From NCBI GenBank assembly GCA_035873375.1, contig JAYWMQ010000006.1, positions 65,551-129,550 on the forward strand: a DNA stretch of 64,000 nucleotides, written 5' to 3'. This stretch comes from Nitrospirota bacterium (lineage in GTDB: Bacteria; Nitrospirota; Thermodesulfovibrionia; Thermodesulfovibrionales; JdFR-85). The notes beneath the pieces were generated by a model, which saw only the letters and a list, made by a program, of their open reading frames with translations, did not search any database and was not told the DNA's origin. Shown piece after piece: positions 27,980-37,764 of the stretch (positions within the stretch are counted from its first letter, which is position 1; every line of letters starts with the position of its first letter). The translations under genes were made by a program, and so were the position numbers.

Positions 27980-28019
27980 ACGCCCGGCACGGACATGAGC
28001 TAATGGGGTGACCTGTATG
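27980..28019. repeat. 40-nt direct repeat, right copy, followed by two short hairpins
   Basis: See 23621-23660. Followed by TGCGT-GCA-ACGCA and GGCAGGA-AGTC-TCCTGCC. Confidence 0.75.
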
Positions 28020-28430
28020 CGTGCAACGCACAGGCAGGAAGTCTCCTGCCGTTAGAGCAGACGTTATAATTTTAAATATAATTATTTGGTAACAACTTAC
28101 TTCTTTGGGTGGATTTCAATTACGTTGCCTGAATTCCTGTTTTTTTGCATTGATTCTTTTGTCTTTTCAAGCAAAAGAGGAGACACATTCCATCTCGATA
28201 ACCTCGATTTTCTGATGATTGTTACATATAACCGATACCGGTAATTGTACAGTTTTTGTATGTTTTCAAAGTATACACCATTAAAATCTTAATTGACAAC
28301 ACGGATATCATGATATTTGTAATGATTTCCGGCAGTTGAAATGTATTTTGGTCATATGTTAGTATTCGGTTATGGAGGCAATTGCCGAAAAGACTGTAGA
28401 GACTCTCTATGATTTGTGCAACATCATTTG

Positions 28431-30014
28431 ATGAATTATAACTCCAGGCCGGCAATCAGTGTCCTGATTACTCTCGCATTTACGTTGCTGCTCCTCTCCT
28501 GTACATCTTCAAACCGTCTTCAGGGATATGTCTATTACAGATTGAAAGCCTCCCCCTCCACCCTTGATCCGGCACTGATTTCAGATGTTGCCAGTGCCAC
28601 AATTGCTGCCAAACTCTTTAACGGGCTTGTCAGGTTAAAGGGTAATCTCGAGATCGCCCCTGACATTGCACAGAAATGGAGTATTTCAAAGAATGGTCTG
28701 AGATATACTTTTTTCCTGAAAAAGGGAGTACAATTCCCTAACGGTCGTGAGGTGAGGGCCCGGGATTTCAAGTATTCCTTTGAACGTGTGCTTAATCCTG
28801 CAACAAAATCACCAAACACATGGGTATTTGACAAGGTTGAAGGGGTAAGGGAATTTTTAGAGGGCAGGGCAGGGGAGGTTAAGGGTTTTAAGGTAAAGAG
28901 TGATTACGTATTTGAGATTATCCTAAAAAAACCCTTCTCCCCGTTTCTGAGTATGCTTACCATGACCCCTGCCTATGTTGTTCCCCGGGAAGAGGTGGAA
29001 AAGTGGGGCGTTGATTTTTCAAGCCATCCTTCAGGCACCGGCCCCTTTACCTTAAAGGAATGGCTGCCTGACAGGGAGCTGCTGCTGGCAAGAAGGACCG
29101 ATTACTTTGACGGCAACAGCAGGGTCAGGGGGATTGCTTACAGGATAATCGCCGAGGACCTGACTGCTGTTACTGAATTTGAACTGGGCAATATAGATGT
29201 CATTGCATTGCCTGCATCGGCATATTCGAGGTTTAAGAATGACAGAAAATGGAGCAGATATATCATATCCCGTGAAGGACTGAATACCTACTACCTTGGA
29301 CTGAACTCATCAAGGCCACCATTTAATGACCCTGAACTCAGAAGGGCGGTTTCATATGCAATAGACAGGGAGAAGATTTTAAATACCTTCTATGAAGGCC
29401 GGGGCAAGCTGGCTGTGGGGCCTGTCCCTGACCTGCTCAGGAAATGGGATATAAAGACTCCGGTTCGGTATGATCCCAAACTGGCAGGGAAGATAATCCG
29501 GGACAAGGGTTTGAAGGGGATGAAGGTGGATATGTATGTGAGTGCGGACAAGGAGGTGGTGGACCTGGCAGAGATAATCCAGGCATATCTTGCCAGGGTT
29601 GGGATCAATGTTAATATAAAGCAGTTGGAGTGGAGCGCGTACAAAGAGGCGGTGAATAAAGGGGAACCTGATATGTTCTGGCTGAGCTGGTGGGCAGACT
29701 ATCCTGACCCTGAAAACTTTCTCTTTCCCCTGTTTCACTCCAGGAATATCGGGGCGGGAGGTAACAGGGTAAGGTATATCAACAAAGAGGTTGACTCACT
29801 GATTGAAAAGGGGCAGTATTCAGTTAATGAAAAGAAGAGGGATTACTTTTATCAAAAGGCTGAAGAGATTATAATAAAAGACTCCCCCTGGGTATTTTTC
29901 TGGCATAAGACCGATTATGTAATAACGCAGCCGTGGATAAGGGGCTGCAGGGTGTATCCTGTTTACAGCATGGATAAGGGGATGGAAATAAAGACTGATT
30001 TAGCTGTGAATTAA
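28431..30014 (+). CDS. ABC transporter substrate-binding lipoprotein, family 5 (peptide/nickel, DppA/OppA-like)
   Basis: Signal peptide with lipobox LLSC. YRLKASPSTLDPA...AKLFNGLVR...WSAY...FWLSWWADYPDPENFL, typical of SBP_bac_5. Start placed at ATG 28431. Confidence 0.9.
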   Translation: MNYNSRPAISVLITLAFTLLLLSCTSSNRLQGYVYYRLKASPSTLDPALISDVASATIAAKLFNGLVRLKGNLEIAPDIAQKWSISKNGLRYTFFLKKGVQFPNGREVRARDFKYSFERVLNPATKSPNTWVFDKVEGVREFLEGRAGEVKGFKVKSDYVFEIILKKPFSPFLSMLTMTPAYVVPREEVEKWGVDFSSHPSGTGPFTLKEWLPDRELLLARRTDYFDGNSRVRGIAYRIIAEDLTAVTEFELGNIDVIALPASAYSRFKNDRKWSRYIISREGLNTYYLGLNSSRPPFNDPELRRAVSYAIDREKILNTFYEGRGKLAVGPVPDLLRKWDIKTPVRYDPKLAGKIIRDKGLKGMKVDMYVSADKEVVDLAEIIQAYLARVGINVNIKQLEWSAYKEAVNKGEPDMFWLSWWADYPDPENFLFPLFHSRNIGAGGNRVRYINKEVDSLIEKGQYSVNEKKRDYFYQKAEEIIIKDSPWVFFWHKTDYVITQPWIRGCRVYPVYSMDKGMEIKTDLAVN

Positions 30015-30076
30015 CACAAATGGGCACGAATTAAAGGATTAGGATTCATGGGAAAGACAAGACAGAAGACTTTTGG

Positions 30077-30170
30077 CCGCAGATTTACGCAGATAAACAC
30101 AGATTTTTCAGGATTTTTAAAATATTAAGTTCCTAACAAATATCTGCGCCTATCTGTGAAAATCTGCGGC
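30077..30170. repeat. Palindromic intergenic element, copy 2
   Basis: CCGCAGAT TTACGCAGAT AAACACAGAT ... ATCTGCGCC TATCTGTGA AAATCTGCGG. The right arm contains the GTG that the ORF track uses as the permease start. Confidence 0.8.
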
Positions 30171-31139
30171 GGAAAATTTTTTAAAGGAGGCTTTGCTATC
30201 AAGGGTTACATTTTAAAGAGGCTTATACTCCTGGTTCCCCTGATGTTTGCAATCACACTGTTTGCCTTTTTCCTGCTCAAGGCGCTTCCGGGAGACCCGG
30301 TGCTGGGGCTTGTGGGAGAGCGGGCCAGCCCGGAGATAATTGAAAGCATAAGGAAAGAGATGGGCACTGACAAGGGTTTTGTTAGCCAGTATATAGGTTA
30401 TCTGAAGCTGCTGCTTAAGGGAGACCTTGGCAGGTCTTATTACACCAACAGGGATGTACTGACGGATATATCTCTGAAATTCCCCAATACCATGATGCTT
30501 GCCTTTGCCGCCATGCTTGTATCCGTTCCCTTAGGTATAGCCCTCGGATTCCTGTCTGCCCTGTCAGCCAACAGGAGGTCACGATTCCTTGAAAAACTTA
30601 TTGATACCATCTCAATCTCCGGATTGAGTATTCCCGTGTTCTGGAGTGCAATAATCATCATGATGATCTTCAGCCTTAAATTAAAACTCTTTCCTCCCTC
30701 AGGTACGGGGGATATAAGGTTTCTGGTCCTTCCTGCGGTTGTCCTTGCCATACCTGCTACGGCAACGCTGGCAAGGGTCACAAAGACGACCGTAATAGAT
30801 ATACTGAAGATGCCCTATATAACCACAGCGAGGTCAAAGGGGCTGTCTTTAACGAGAATAAACCTGATTCATGTACTGAGAAATGCCATTATCCCCATAG
30901 TCACCATTATCGGCCTTGATTTCGGCAGCTATCTAAACGGTGCAGTTGTTACCGAGACCATATTCGGCTGGGACGGCCTGGGCAGGTTTACCATGGAAGG
31001 GATAATAAAGAGGGATTATCCGGTGATAATGGGATGCATAATTGTCGGTACCGTGGTTTTCGTTATTGTAAATCTGATTACCGATGTAATCTATCAATAC
31101 CTTGACCCGAGGATAAGGCTCAATGTCAAAAAGGGGTAA
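30156..31139 (+). CDS. ABC transporter permease, DppB/OppB type (start uncertain)
   Basis: ILKRLILLVPLMFAITLFAFFLLKALPGDP and ITTARSKGLSLTRINLIHVLRNAIIPIVT. The GTG at 30156 lies in the repeat. An RBS AAAGGAGG at 30183-30190 suggests a later non-canonical start near 30198-30212. Confidence 0.85.
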   Translation: MKICGGKFFKGGFAIKGYILKRLILLVPLMFAITLFAFFLLKALPGDPVLGLVGERASPEIIESIRKEMGTDKGFVSQYIGYLKLLLKGDLGRSYYTNRDVLTDISLKFPNTMMLAFAAMLVSVPLGIALGFLSALSANRRSRFLEKLIDTISISGLSIPVFWSAIIIMMIFSLKLKLFPPSGTGDIRFLVLPAVVLAIPATATLARVTKTTVIDILKMPYITTARSKGLSLTRINLIHVLRNAIIPIVTIIGLDFGSYLNGAVVTETIFGWDGLGRFTMEGIIKRDYPVIMGCIIVGTVVFVIVNLITDVIYQYLDPRIRLNVKKG

Positions 31140-31929
31140 GCTGTCCATAATTATCGTTGCCGGCTTTTTTATTGTCTCGCTCCTTGCACCCTTTCTGCCG
31201 ATTAATGACCCATACAGGATTGACCTTGATTCAATAAAGAGGCCTCCGGGCATTGATCATCCCTTTGGAACGGATAATAAGGGCAGGGACATATTTGCAA
31301 GGGTGGTTTACGGAGGAAAAATATCGATTGGTGTTGCCATGATTGCAGCGTTCATATCCGCACTAATCGGTTTTACTCTCGGCCTGACGTCAGGATATTA
31401 CGGGGGTGTCATTGACAGTGTTGTAATGACTGTGGTGGACTTTTTTCTCTCTTTCCCCTCCCTGCTGCTCGCCATAGCCATCTCCATAATCCTGCCGCCG
31501 GGTATCTATACAGTAATGATAGCCCTGTCAGTAGTCGGATGGACGTCATTTGCAAGGTTGATAAGGGGGCATGTGTTGACGATTAAGGATATGCCCTTTG
31601 TTGATGCTGCAAGGGCGATCGGGTGCAGTGATTTAAGGATACTGCTGCTGCATATTGCTCCCCTCTGTATACCTCTGGCCCTGGTGCTGATGGGCATAAA
31701 GCTTGGCGGATATATCCTTACCGAGGCAACCCTGAGCTTTCTGGGCCTTGGTGCACAGCCTCCAACCCCCACATGGGGATACATGGTCAGTGCAAACAGG
31801 GCATATATCCTTTCGGCACCGTGGATGGTACTCTATCCCGGGCTGGCCATATCAATAACAGCCTTCTGCTTTAATATGCTTGGGGAGTCCTTGAGGGAAA
31901 AATACGAGTTCAAGACCGATATTCATTAA
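31123..31929 (+). CDS. ABC transporter permease, DppC/OppC type
   Basis: HPFGTDNKGRDIFARVVYGGKISI and VDAARAIGCSDLRILLLHIAP. Confidence 0.9.
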   Translation: MSKRGKLSIIIVAGFFIVSLLAPFLPINDPYRIDLDSIKRPPGIDHPFGTDNKGRDIFARVVYGGKISIGVAMIAAFISALIGFTLGLTSGYYGGVIDSVVMTVVDFFLSFPSLLLAIAISIILPPGIYTVMIALSVVGWTSFARLIRGHVLTIKDMPFVDAARAIGCSDLRILLLHIAPLCIPLALVLMGIKLGGYILTEATLSFLGLGAQPPTPTWGYMVSANRAYILSAPWMVLYPGLAISITAFCFNMLGESLREKYEFKTDIH

Positions 31930-32048
31930 CTTTCCGGTTTACCATAGTCCTGCCATACAAGGGTAACCACTACCTCGGACCGAAATTCAGGCTTCACCGC
32001 TATTCTTATTTTACTTTCCCCGAATCGTCAATAGTCAATCGAAAATCG

Positions 32049-32930
32049 TCAATCCATTTCACCGTCTATTATTTTACAGTTTTCCTCAATCTCTTTTTTA
32101 TTCATCATGCCGATTATTAGTGAGTCGACAAAGGGCAGGTCCCTTACATACTCCACTGCCTCTCTTGCCTGCCCTCTGAGTTGACCCTCGGCTATCACTT
32201 TCATGCCAACAACCCCTTTTGACAGGGAATGAATCTTTTTAGCCGTCTCCTCAACCTCTTTACGGTCATCAGGAGGTATCAGTAATGATTCGGGTTTGGG
32301 CCGGAAGACTGCCTGTATCCTTTTGGGCAGAAGCCCTGCTGTCTTTTTAACCCACGCTATTGAGGCGACTTGATCATAAAGTCCGAGTTTGCCGGCATCC
32401 ATATTGAGTCCGGCAAGGTTTATCCTTACCCATACTGCATCGATTTCGGGAATTCCCGCAACAGCCTTTAATGCACCCAATCCATGAGAGGACATGCCTA
32501 CTGCCCGAACCCTGCCTTGCTCTTTAAGTTCAAGCAGTGCATCAAGTGCGCCTGCCCGTGCCTTTAATTCATTCTCTGTCCTTACTGCGTGGAGCAGGCA
32601 GACATCAATATAGTCAACGCCGAGGTCTCTGAGGGAGGTGTTAAAATCCCTGAGTGTATCTTTTGCGCTGCAGCCCGTCAATTTCGTCGATATCACAACA
32701 TCGGAGCGTTTGACCTGTCTTAATGCCTCTCTGACATGGGGATGAGTCCTGTACTGAAATGCCGTGTCCCAGAAATTAATGCCCTGCTCAAAGGCAAAGA
32801 GGAGGAGTCCGGCCAACTCCCCGGTCGTCATTAATGCCTGTGCACAATGTCCTGACGGATGTGCTGTCCCGGTTCCTATGCCGAGCCTTGAGACCTCAAT
32901 GCCTGTTTTTCCAAGCCTGACTCTTTCCAT
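32049..32930 (-). CDS. Aldo/keto reductase family oxidoreductase
   Basis: MERVRLGKTGIEVSRLGIGTG...FWDTA..Y...VVISTKL...YIDVCLLH. Confidence 0.7.
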   Translation of the reverse strand: MERVRLGKTGIEVSRLGIGTGTAHPSGHCAQALMTTGELAGLLLFAFEQGINFWDTAFQYRTHPHVREALRQVKRSDVVISTKLTGCSAKDTLRDFNTSLRDLGVDYIDVCLLHAVRTENELKARAGALDALLELKEQGRVRAVGMSSHGLGALKAVAGIPEIDAVWVRINLAGLNMDAGKLGLYDQVASIAWVKKTAGLLPKRIQAVFRPKPESLLIPPDDRKEVEETAKKIHSLSKGVVGMKVIAEGQLRGQAREAVEYVRDLPFVDSLIIGMMNKKEIEENCKIIDGEMD

Positions 32931-33066
32931 ATTCCCTCCAGAGCAGCCATAGAGTCATGAAAAAGGTTCTTTTCATAATTCCCTCCAGACCTGCCGGACT
33001 CTGAATCCTTAATCCCGGCACCCCATTATATGGCTTTTAACCCGCCTACTGTAATATAATCCATAT

Positions 33067-33693
33067 ATGTTAAAAATAGCACCTGAAGGCTGGCCCTTTG
33101 TGGCTGTCACGGCTCTTCTCACAGTAATCATCTACCTGATATGGCAGCCCTGGACAGCTGTGTTGCCGCTGATACTCTTCCTCTTCATGCTCTACTTCTT
33201 CAGGGACCCTGAGAGGACGATTCCTGAGGAAAAAGATATATTTGTCTCTCCTGCAGACGGTAAGGTAATACTTGTAAAGGACACACTGGAAGAAGAGTAT
33301 ATTAAGGACAAGGTCAAACAGATCAGCATATTTATGTCTCCATTTAATGTCCATGTCAACAGGGCGCCCTGTGATGGCACGGTTGAGAAGGTAAAACATA
33401 CCCCTGGCGGATTCAGTGCGGCATACACTGATGAGGCATCCCTCAGCAATGAAAACATAGCCATGCTTCTCAACACAAAGTATGGCAGGGTGCTGGTCAG
33501 GCAGGTTGCAGGTCTTATCGCCAGACGGGCCATCTGCAGGGTCAGCCCGGGCGATACCCTGAAGAGGGGACAGCGATACGGTATGATTAAATTCAGCTCA
33601 AGAGTTGATCTCTATCTGCCGGTAGCTGTGCAGGTAGAGGTAAGCGTAGGCCAGAAAGTCCGGGCCGGTGAAACAATAGTGGCCAGGAAATAA
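33067..33693 (+). CDS. psd: Phosphatidylserine decarboxylase (short/archaetidylserine type)
   Basis: VSPADGKV...FMSPFNVHVNRAP..G......GMIKFSSRVDLYLP. The self-cleavage region reads FSS rather than the usual G-S. Adjacent to pssA. Confidence 0.85.
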   Translation: MLKIAPEGWPFVAVTALLTVIIYLIWQPWTAVLPLILFLFMLYFFRDPERTIPEEKDIFVSPADGKVILVKDTLEEEYIKDKVKQISIFMSPFNVHVNRAPCDGTVEKVKHTPGGFSAAYTDEASLSNENIAMLLNTKYGRVLVRQVAGLIARRAICRVSPGDTLKRGQRYGMIKFSSRVDLYLPVAVQVEVSVGQKVRAGETIVARK

Positions 33694-33747
33694 AAAAATA
33701 AAATTAAACCGGACGCTATTCTGCGTCCGGCGAAAGGATGTTTTCAG

Positions 33748-34485
33748 ATGAAAAAAGGTGTTTACCTACTCCCCAACGGGCTTACCCTGAGTGGTATGTT
33801 CTTTGGGTTTTATGCAGTGCTCTCTGCACTTAACGGTGATTATGTCAGGGCAGCCTGGGCAATACTGATTGCCACTGTCTTTGACGGTCTTGACGGCTGG
33901 GTGGCAAGGCTCACAAACAGTACCACCAGGTTTGGGGTGGAGCTTGATTCCCTGAGTGACCTTGTTGCATTTGGTGTTGCCCCTGCCATTTTGCTCTATA
34001 CATGGTCACTAAACCCCTTTGGCCGTGTTGGAGCAGCAGCAGCCTTTCTCTTTGTTGCATGCGGTGCACTGAGGCTTGCACGTTATAATATCCAGATGGG
34101 CTCGGCAGAAAAACGCTCATTTACAGGCATGCCCATCCCTGCTGCAGGAGTCATAATCGCAACGCTTGTCATCTTTTACGAAAGTATTACCGAAGACAGA
34201 CCTGAGAAGAGCATCCTGATACTCCTGCTCACGGTTGTCCTCGCAATTCTGATGATCAGTACGATGAGATTTCACGGCGCAAAGGAGATTGACTTTAAAA
34301 AGAGGAAGCCCTTCTGGGTCCTTGTCATATTTGTGATCCTTATTGTTGTTACTGTTGTCCACCCGCCGGTTGCGCTCTTTTCCTTTGCAATGGTCTATCT
34401 CTTTTGGGGTATAATAGAGAACGCGTACCTGTTATACAAAAAGAAGAAAAGGGTCAGGAATCCGGATAAAAGAGCTGCTGCCTGA
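33748..34485 (+). CDS. pssA: CDP-diacylglycerol--serine O-phosphatidyltransferase
   Basis: CDP-alcohol motif [10 protein letters not shown]...[11 protein letters not shown]. Multi-TM. Confidence 0.9.
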   Translation: MKKGVYLLPNGLTLSGMFFGFYAVLSALNGDYVRAAWAILIATVFDGLDGWVARLTNSTTRFGVELDSLSDLVAFGVAPAILLYTWSLNPFGRVGAAAAFLFVACGALRLARYNIQMGSAEKRSFTGMPIPAAGVIIATLVIFYESITEDRPEKSILILLLTVVLAILMISTMRFHGAKEIDFKKRKPFWVLVIFVILIVVTVVHPPVALFSFAMVYLFWGIIENAYLLYKKKKRVRNPDKRAAA

Positions 34486-34525
34486 CACCTGTTTTGTCAC
34501 CAGCACTAAAAGGAATTTAAGGATT

Positions 34526-36052
34526 ATGAGATACATAAAGATTTTTGATACAACCCTCAGAGACGGCGAGCAATCACCGGGTGCCTCGATGAATGTAGAG
34601 GAAAAGCTCCATGTTGCCCGTCAGCTGGCAAGATTAAATGTTGATGTGATAGAGGCCGGTTTTCCTGTTGCCTCACCAGGAGACTTTGAGGCCGTAAGAC
34701 GAATTGCAGAAGAGATAAAGGGAGTCACTGTTGCAGGGCTTGCCAGGACAAAGGACATAGATATCGAGCGGGCGGCAGAGGCGATAAAACCTGCGGAGTC
34801 CGGCAGGATACATACATTTCTTGCCACCTCTGACATTCACCTGAAGTATAAACTCCGCATGAGCAGGGAAGAGGTTTTGAATGCAGCCGTAGGTGCAGTG
34901 AAGAAGGCAAGGGGGGTTACGGATGATGTGGAGTTCTCTGCTGAGGATGCCACAAGGAGTGACAGGGATTTCCTCTGCAGGGTTATAGAAGAGGTTATAA
35001 AGGCAGGGGCGACAACCGTGAATATCCCTGACACCGTAGGTTATACCATACCCCAGGAATTTGGCGAGCTGATAGAGTATCTGATGAACAGGGTGCCGAA
35101 TATTGATAAGGCGGTAATCTCTGTGCATTGTCATAATGACCTTGGCCTTGCAGTAGCCAACTCACTGACTGCCGTCCTTAAAGGGGCCGGCCAGGTTGAG
35201 TGCACATTGAACGGAATTGGCGAGCGGGCTGGAAATGCGGCGCTGGAAGAGGTGGTAATGGCCATCAAGACAAGGCCGAAGTTCTTTAATGCAGAGACCG
35301 GAATAGTTACTGAGGAGATATACAAGACGAGCCGTCTTGTCTCAAAGATTACAGGTGTGGTCGTACAGCCGAACAAAGCCATAGTCGGTGCCAATGCCTT
35401 TGCCCATGAAGCCGGAATTCACCAGGACGGAGTCCTCAAGGAGCGTTCAACCTATGAGATTATGAAGCCCGAAACGGTCGGGATACCGCAGAGCAAGTTA
35501 GTCCTTGGCAAGCACTCGGGCAGGCATGCCTTTAAGGAGAGGCTCAGGGAGCTTGGTTATGAACTGGGTGATGAAGAGCTCAACAAGGCTTTTGAGAGAT
35601 TCAAGCGTCTGTGTGACCAGAAGAAATATATATTTGACGAGGATATCGAGACCCTTGTATCTGAAGAGGTAAAAAAGGTTCCCGAGGTCTTCAGCCTTAT
35701 GGACCTGAGGGTCTCAAGCGGCACGTCGGTCAAGCCGACTGCCACAGTCCGTCTGAAGGTCAGGGACGAGGTTGTTGAGCGTACCGAGGAAGGTGACGGA
35801 CCTGTTGATGCCACCTACTGTGCCATTGCAAGGATTACAGAGACAAAGAGCCATCTCGATAAGTTCGAGATAAAGGGCATAACAGGGGGCACTGATGCGC
35901 TTGGTGAGGTCATGGTGACCCTTGAGGAGGATGGCCATACGGTCAGGGGGTACGGGTCTGATACGGACATCATTGTTGCTGCTGCAAAGGCATATATTAA
36001 TGCCCTGAACAAGCTTGAAGGCAGAAAGAGGGAGCCTCAAAAGGGAATCTAA
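34526..36052 (+). CDS. leuA: 2-isopropylmalate synthase
   Basis: [14 protein letters not shown]...[15 protein letters not shown]...HQDG, plus a C-terminal LeuA dimerisation/regulatory domain. Confidence 0.95.
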   Translation: MRYIKIFDTTLRDGEQSPGASMNVEEKLHVARQLARLNVDVIEAGFPVASPGDFEAVRRIAEEIKGVTVAGLARTKDIDIERAAEAIKPAESGRIHTFLATSDIHLKYKLRMSREEVLNAAVGAVKKARGVTDDVEFSAEDATRSDRDFLCRVIEEVIKAGATTVNIPDTVGYTIPQEFGELIEYLMNRVPNIDKAVISVHCHNDLGLAVANSLTAVLKGAGQVECTLNGIGERAGNAALEEVVMAIKTRPKFFNAETGIVTEEIYKTSRLVSKITGVVVQPNKAIVGANAFAHEAGIHQDGVLKERSTYEIMKPETVGIPQSKLVLGKHSGRHAFKERLRELGYELGDEELNKAFERFKRLCDQKKYIFDEDIETLVSEEVKKVPEVFSLMDLRVSSGTSVKPTATVRLKVRDEVVERTEEGDGPVDATYCAIARITETKSHLDKFEIKGITGGTDALGEVMVTLEEDGHTVRGYGSDTDIIVAAAKAYINALNKLEGRKREPQKGI

Positions 36053-36070
36053 TTGAAAAAATAAAGAATA

Positions 36071-36172
36071 ATCCGCAGATTACACAGATTAACGCAGATT
36101 AGAAAGATTAAAAAGGGTTTATAGAGGGACTAAAATTATAAAAATCTGCGAAATTTGTGTAATCTGCGGATT
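36071..36172. repeat. Palindromic intergenic element, copy 3 (best-formed)
   Basis: AATCCGCAGAT TACACAGAT TAACGCAGAT TAGAAAGAT ... ATCTGCGAA ATTTGTGTA ATCTGCGGATT. The terminal 11 nt are a perfect inverted repeat. Confidence 0.85.
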
Positions 36173-36218
36173 AGATATGTTTATAAGTATTAGAGTTTTT
36201 ATTTTGATGGAGGAATGG

Positions 36219-37478
36219 ATGACTATTACTGAAAAGATACTTGCTGCACATGCCGGGAAAAAAGAGGTCTCGCCTGGAGAGTTGATAAATGCAAGGGTGG
36301 ACCTTATACTTGCAAACGATATAACTGCGCCTATTGCCATAAAGGAGTTTAGGAAGATCGGAGCTGAAAAGGTCTTTAATTCTGAGCGGGTGGCCTTTAT
36401 TCCTGACCACTTTGCCCCTCAAAAGGATATAAAGGCTGCTGAGCAATGCAGGATGTTGAAGCTTTTTTCAAGAGAGCAGGGGCTTAAGCTCTATTTTGAG
36501 GTTGGCAGGATGGGGGTTGAACATGCCCTGCTTCCGGAGCAGGGTCATGTGGTTCCCGGTGATCTTGTAATAGGAGCCGACAGCCATACGTGCACATACG
36601 GCGCCCTTGGTGCCTTCTCTACCGGCGTTGGCTCTACCGACGTTGCAGCTTCCATGGCAACCGGTGAGTGCTGGTTCAAGGTACCGGAAAGCATGAAGTT
36701 TATCTATTACGGAAGCCTCGGGAAATGGGTCAGCGGTAAGGACCTCATACTCCATACAATCGGAGATATTGGTGTGGATGGCGCCCTTTACAGGGCCATG
36801 GAGTTTGAGGGAGAGACGATAAGGGCACTGCCGATGTACGGCAGGCTCACCATGTGTAATATGGCTATAGAGGCCGGAGGAAAGAGCGGAATAATCGTCC
36901 CTGACGATATAACAGAGGCATATGTGAAGGAGCGGGCCAGAAGGGAGTATAAGTTCTATCAGTCCGACCCTGATGCAGTATATGTGGAGACCAGGGAATA
37001 TGACTGCTCAACGATTGAACCCCTGGTCGCCTGTCCCCATCTGCCCTCTAATGTAAAACCTGCCAGGGAGCTGACCGATATTGCCATTGATCAGGTTGTT
37101 ATAGGTTCATGTACTAACGGACGCATTGAGGACCTCAGGGAGGCCGCAGAGGTAATATGGGGCAGGAAGGTTAATCCCAATGTTCGTATGATCGTTATCC
37201 CGGCAACGCAGGCCATCTACAAGCAGGCCCTGAAGGAGGGGTTGATAGAGGTCTTTATTGATGCTGAAGCCGTAGTATCAACCCCGACGTGCGGTCCATG
37301 TCTCGGGGGTCATATGGGTATACTTGCAAAGGGGGAGAGGGCTGTTGCCACAACAAACAGAAACTTTGTGGGAAGGATGGGAGACCCTGAAAGTGAGGTC
37401 TATCTCTCGAACCCTGCAGTGGCTGCTGCAACGGCCGTACTTGGCAGGATCGGATTACCTGAGGAGGTAGGTCTTTAA
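36219..37478 (+). CDS. leuC: 3-isopropylmalate dehydratase large subunit (about 420-aa type)
   Basis: MTITEKILAAHAG...DSHTCTYGALGAF..G.GSTD...GSCTNGRIEDL...PTCGPCLG. Start at ATG 36219 behind GGAGGA. No leuD follows. Confidence 0.9.
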   Translation: MTITEKILAAHAGKKEVSPGELINARVDLILANDITAPIAIKEFRKIGAEKVFNSERVAFIPDHFAPQKDIKAAEQCRMLKLFSREQGLKLYFEVGRMGVEHALLPEQGHVVPGDLVIGADSHTCTYGALGAFSTGVGSTDVAASMATGECWFKVPESMKFIYYGSLGKWVSGKDLILHTIGDIGVDGALYRAMEFEGETIRALPMYGRLTMCNMAIEAGGKSGIIVPDDITEAYVKERARREYKFYQSDPDAVYVETREYDCSTIEPLVACPHLPSNVKPARELTDIAIDQVVIGSCTNGRIEDLREAAEVIWGRKVNPNVRMIVIPATQAIYKQALKEGLIEVFIDAEAVVSTPTCGPCLGGHMGILAKGERAVATTNRNFVGRMGDPESEVYLSNPAVAAATAVLGRIGLPEEVGL

Positions 37479-37764
37479 AATAGCACTTTATCCACGCAAT
37501 AGTTCCAATCTAATGCCCAAATCCAGCAATAAGTCGTAATTTCTTCATTTATTGCTCCCCATCTTAAAGAAAGAGCTATGCATCTGGCGATTACAGAGGG
37601 TGGGTGGACTTGATTATCTCCGACGTAACCCTTACAATAAACTATATAGAGTCTGTGCCTAAATTGCAGTCACTTGTTCGTTTTCATACAAGGACTCTGA
37701 TTACAGTGATTCCAGTTTGTTCGAGGATGTCACACCGAACATAAACCGGGAAGGAGAATAACTT

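Noticed and set aside
32023-32053. Iterated GTCAAT/AATCGTCAAT motifs after the aldo/keto reductase stop. A similar CCGTCAATCGCTAATTGTCAAT occurs at 61735-61756.
   Set aside because: The motifs are too short and too few to distinguish from chance. There is no consistent spacing or palindromic structure, and one copy lies in a convergent 3' region where a regulatory role is unlikely.
36177-36218. An upstream extension of leuC (MFISIRVFILMEEW).
   Set aside because: It starts immediately after the palindromic repeat. A GGAGGA RBS sits just before ATG 36219, and MTITEKIL is the typical LeuC N-terminus.
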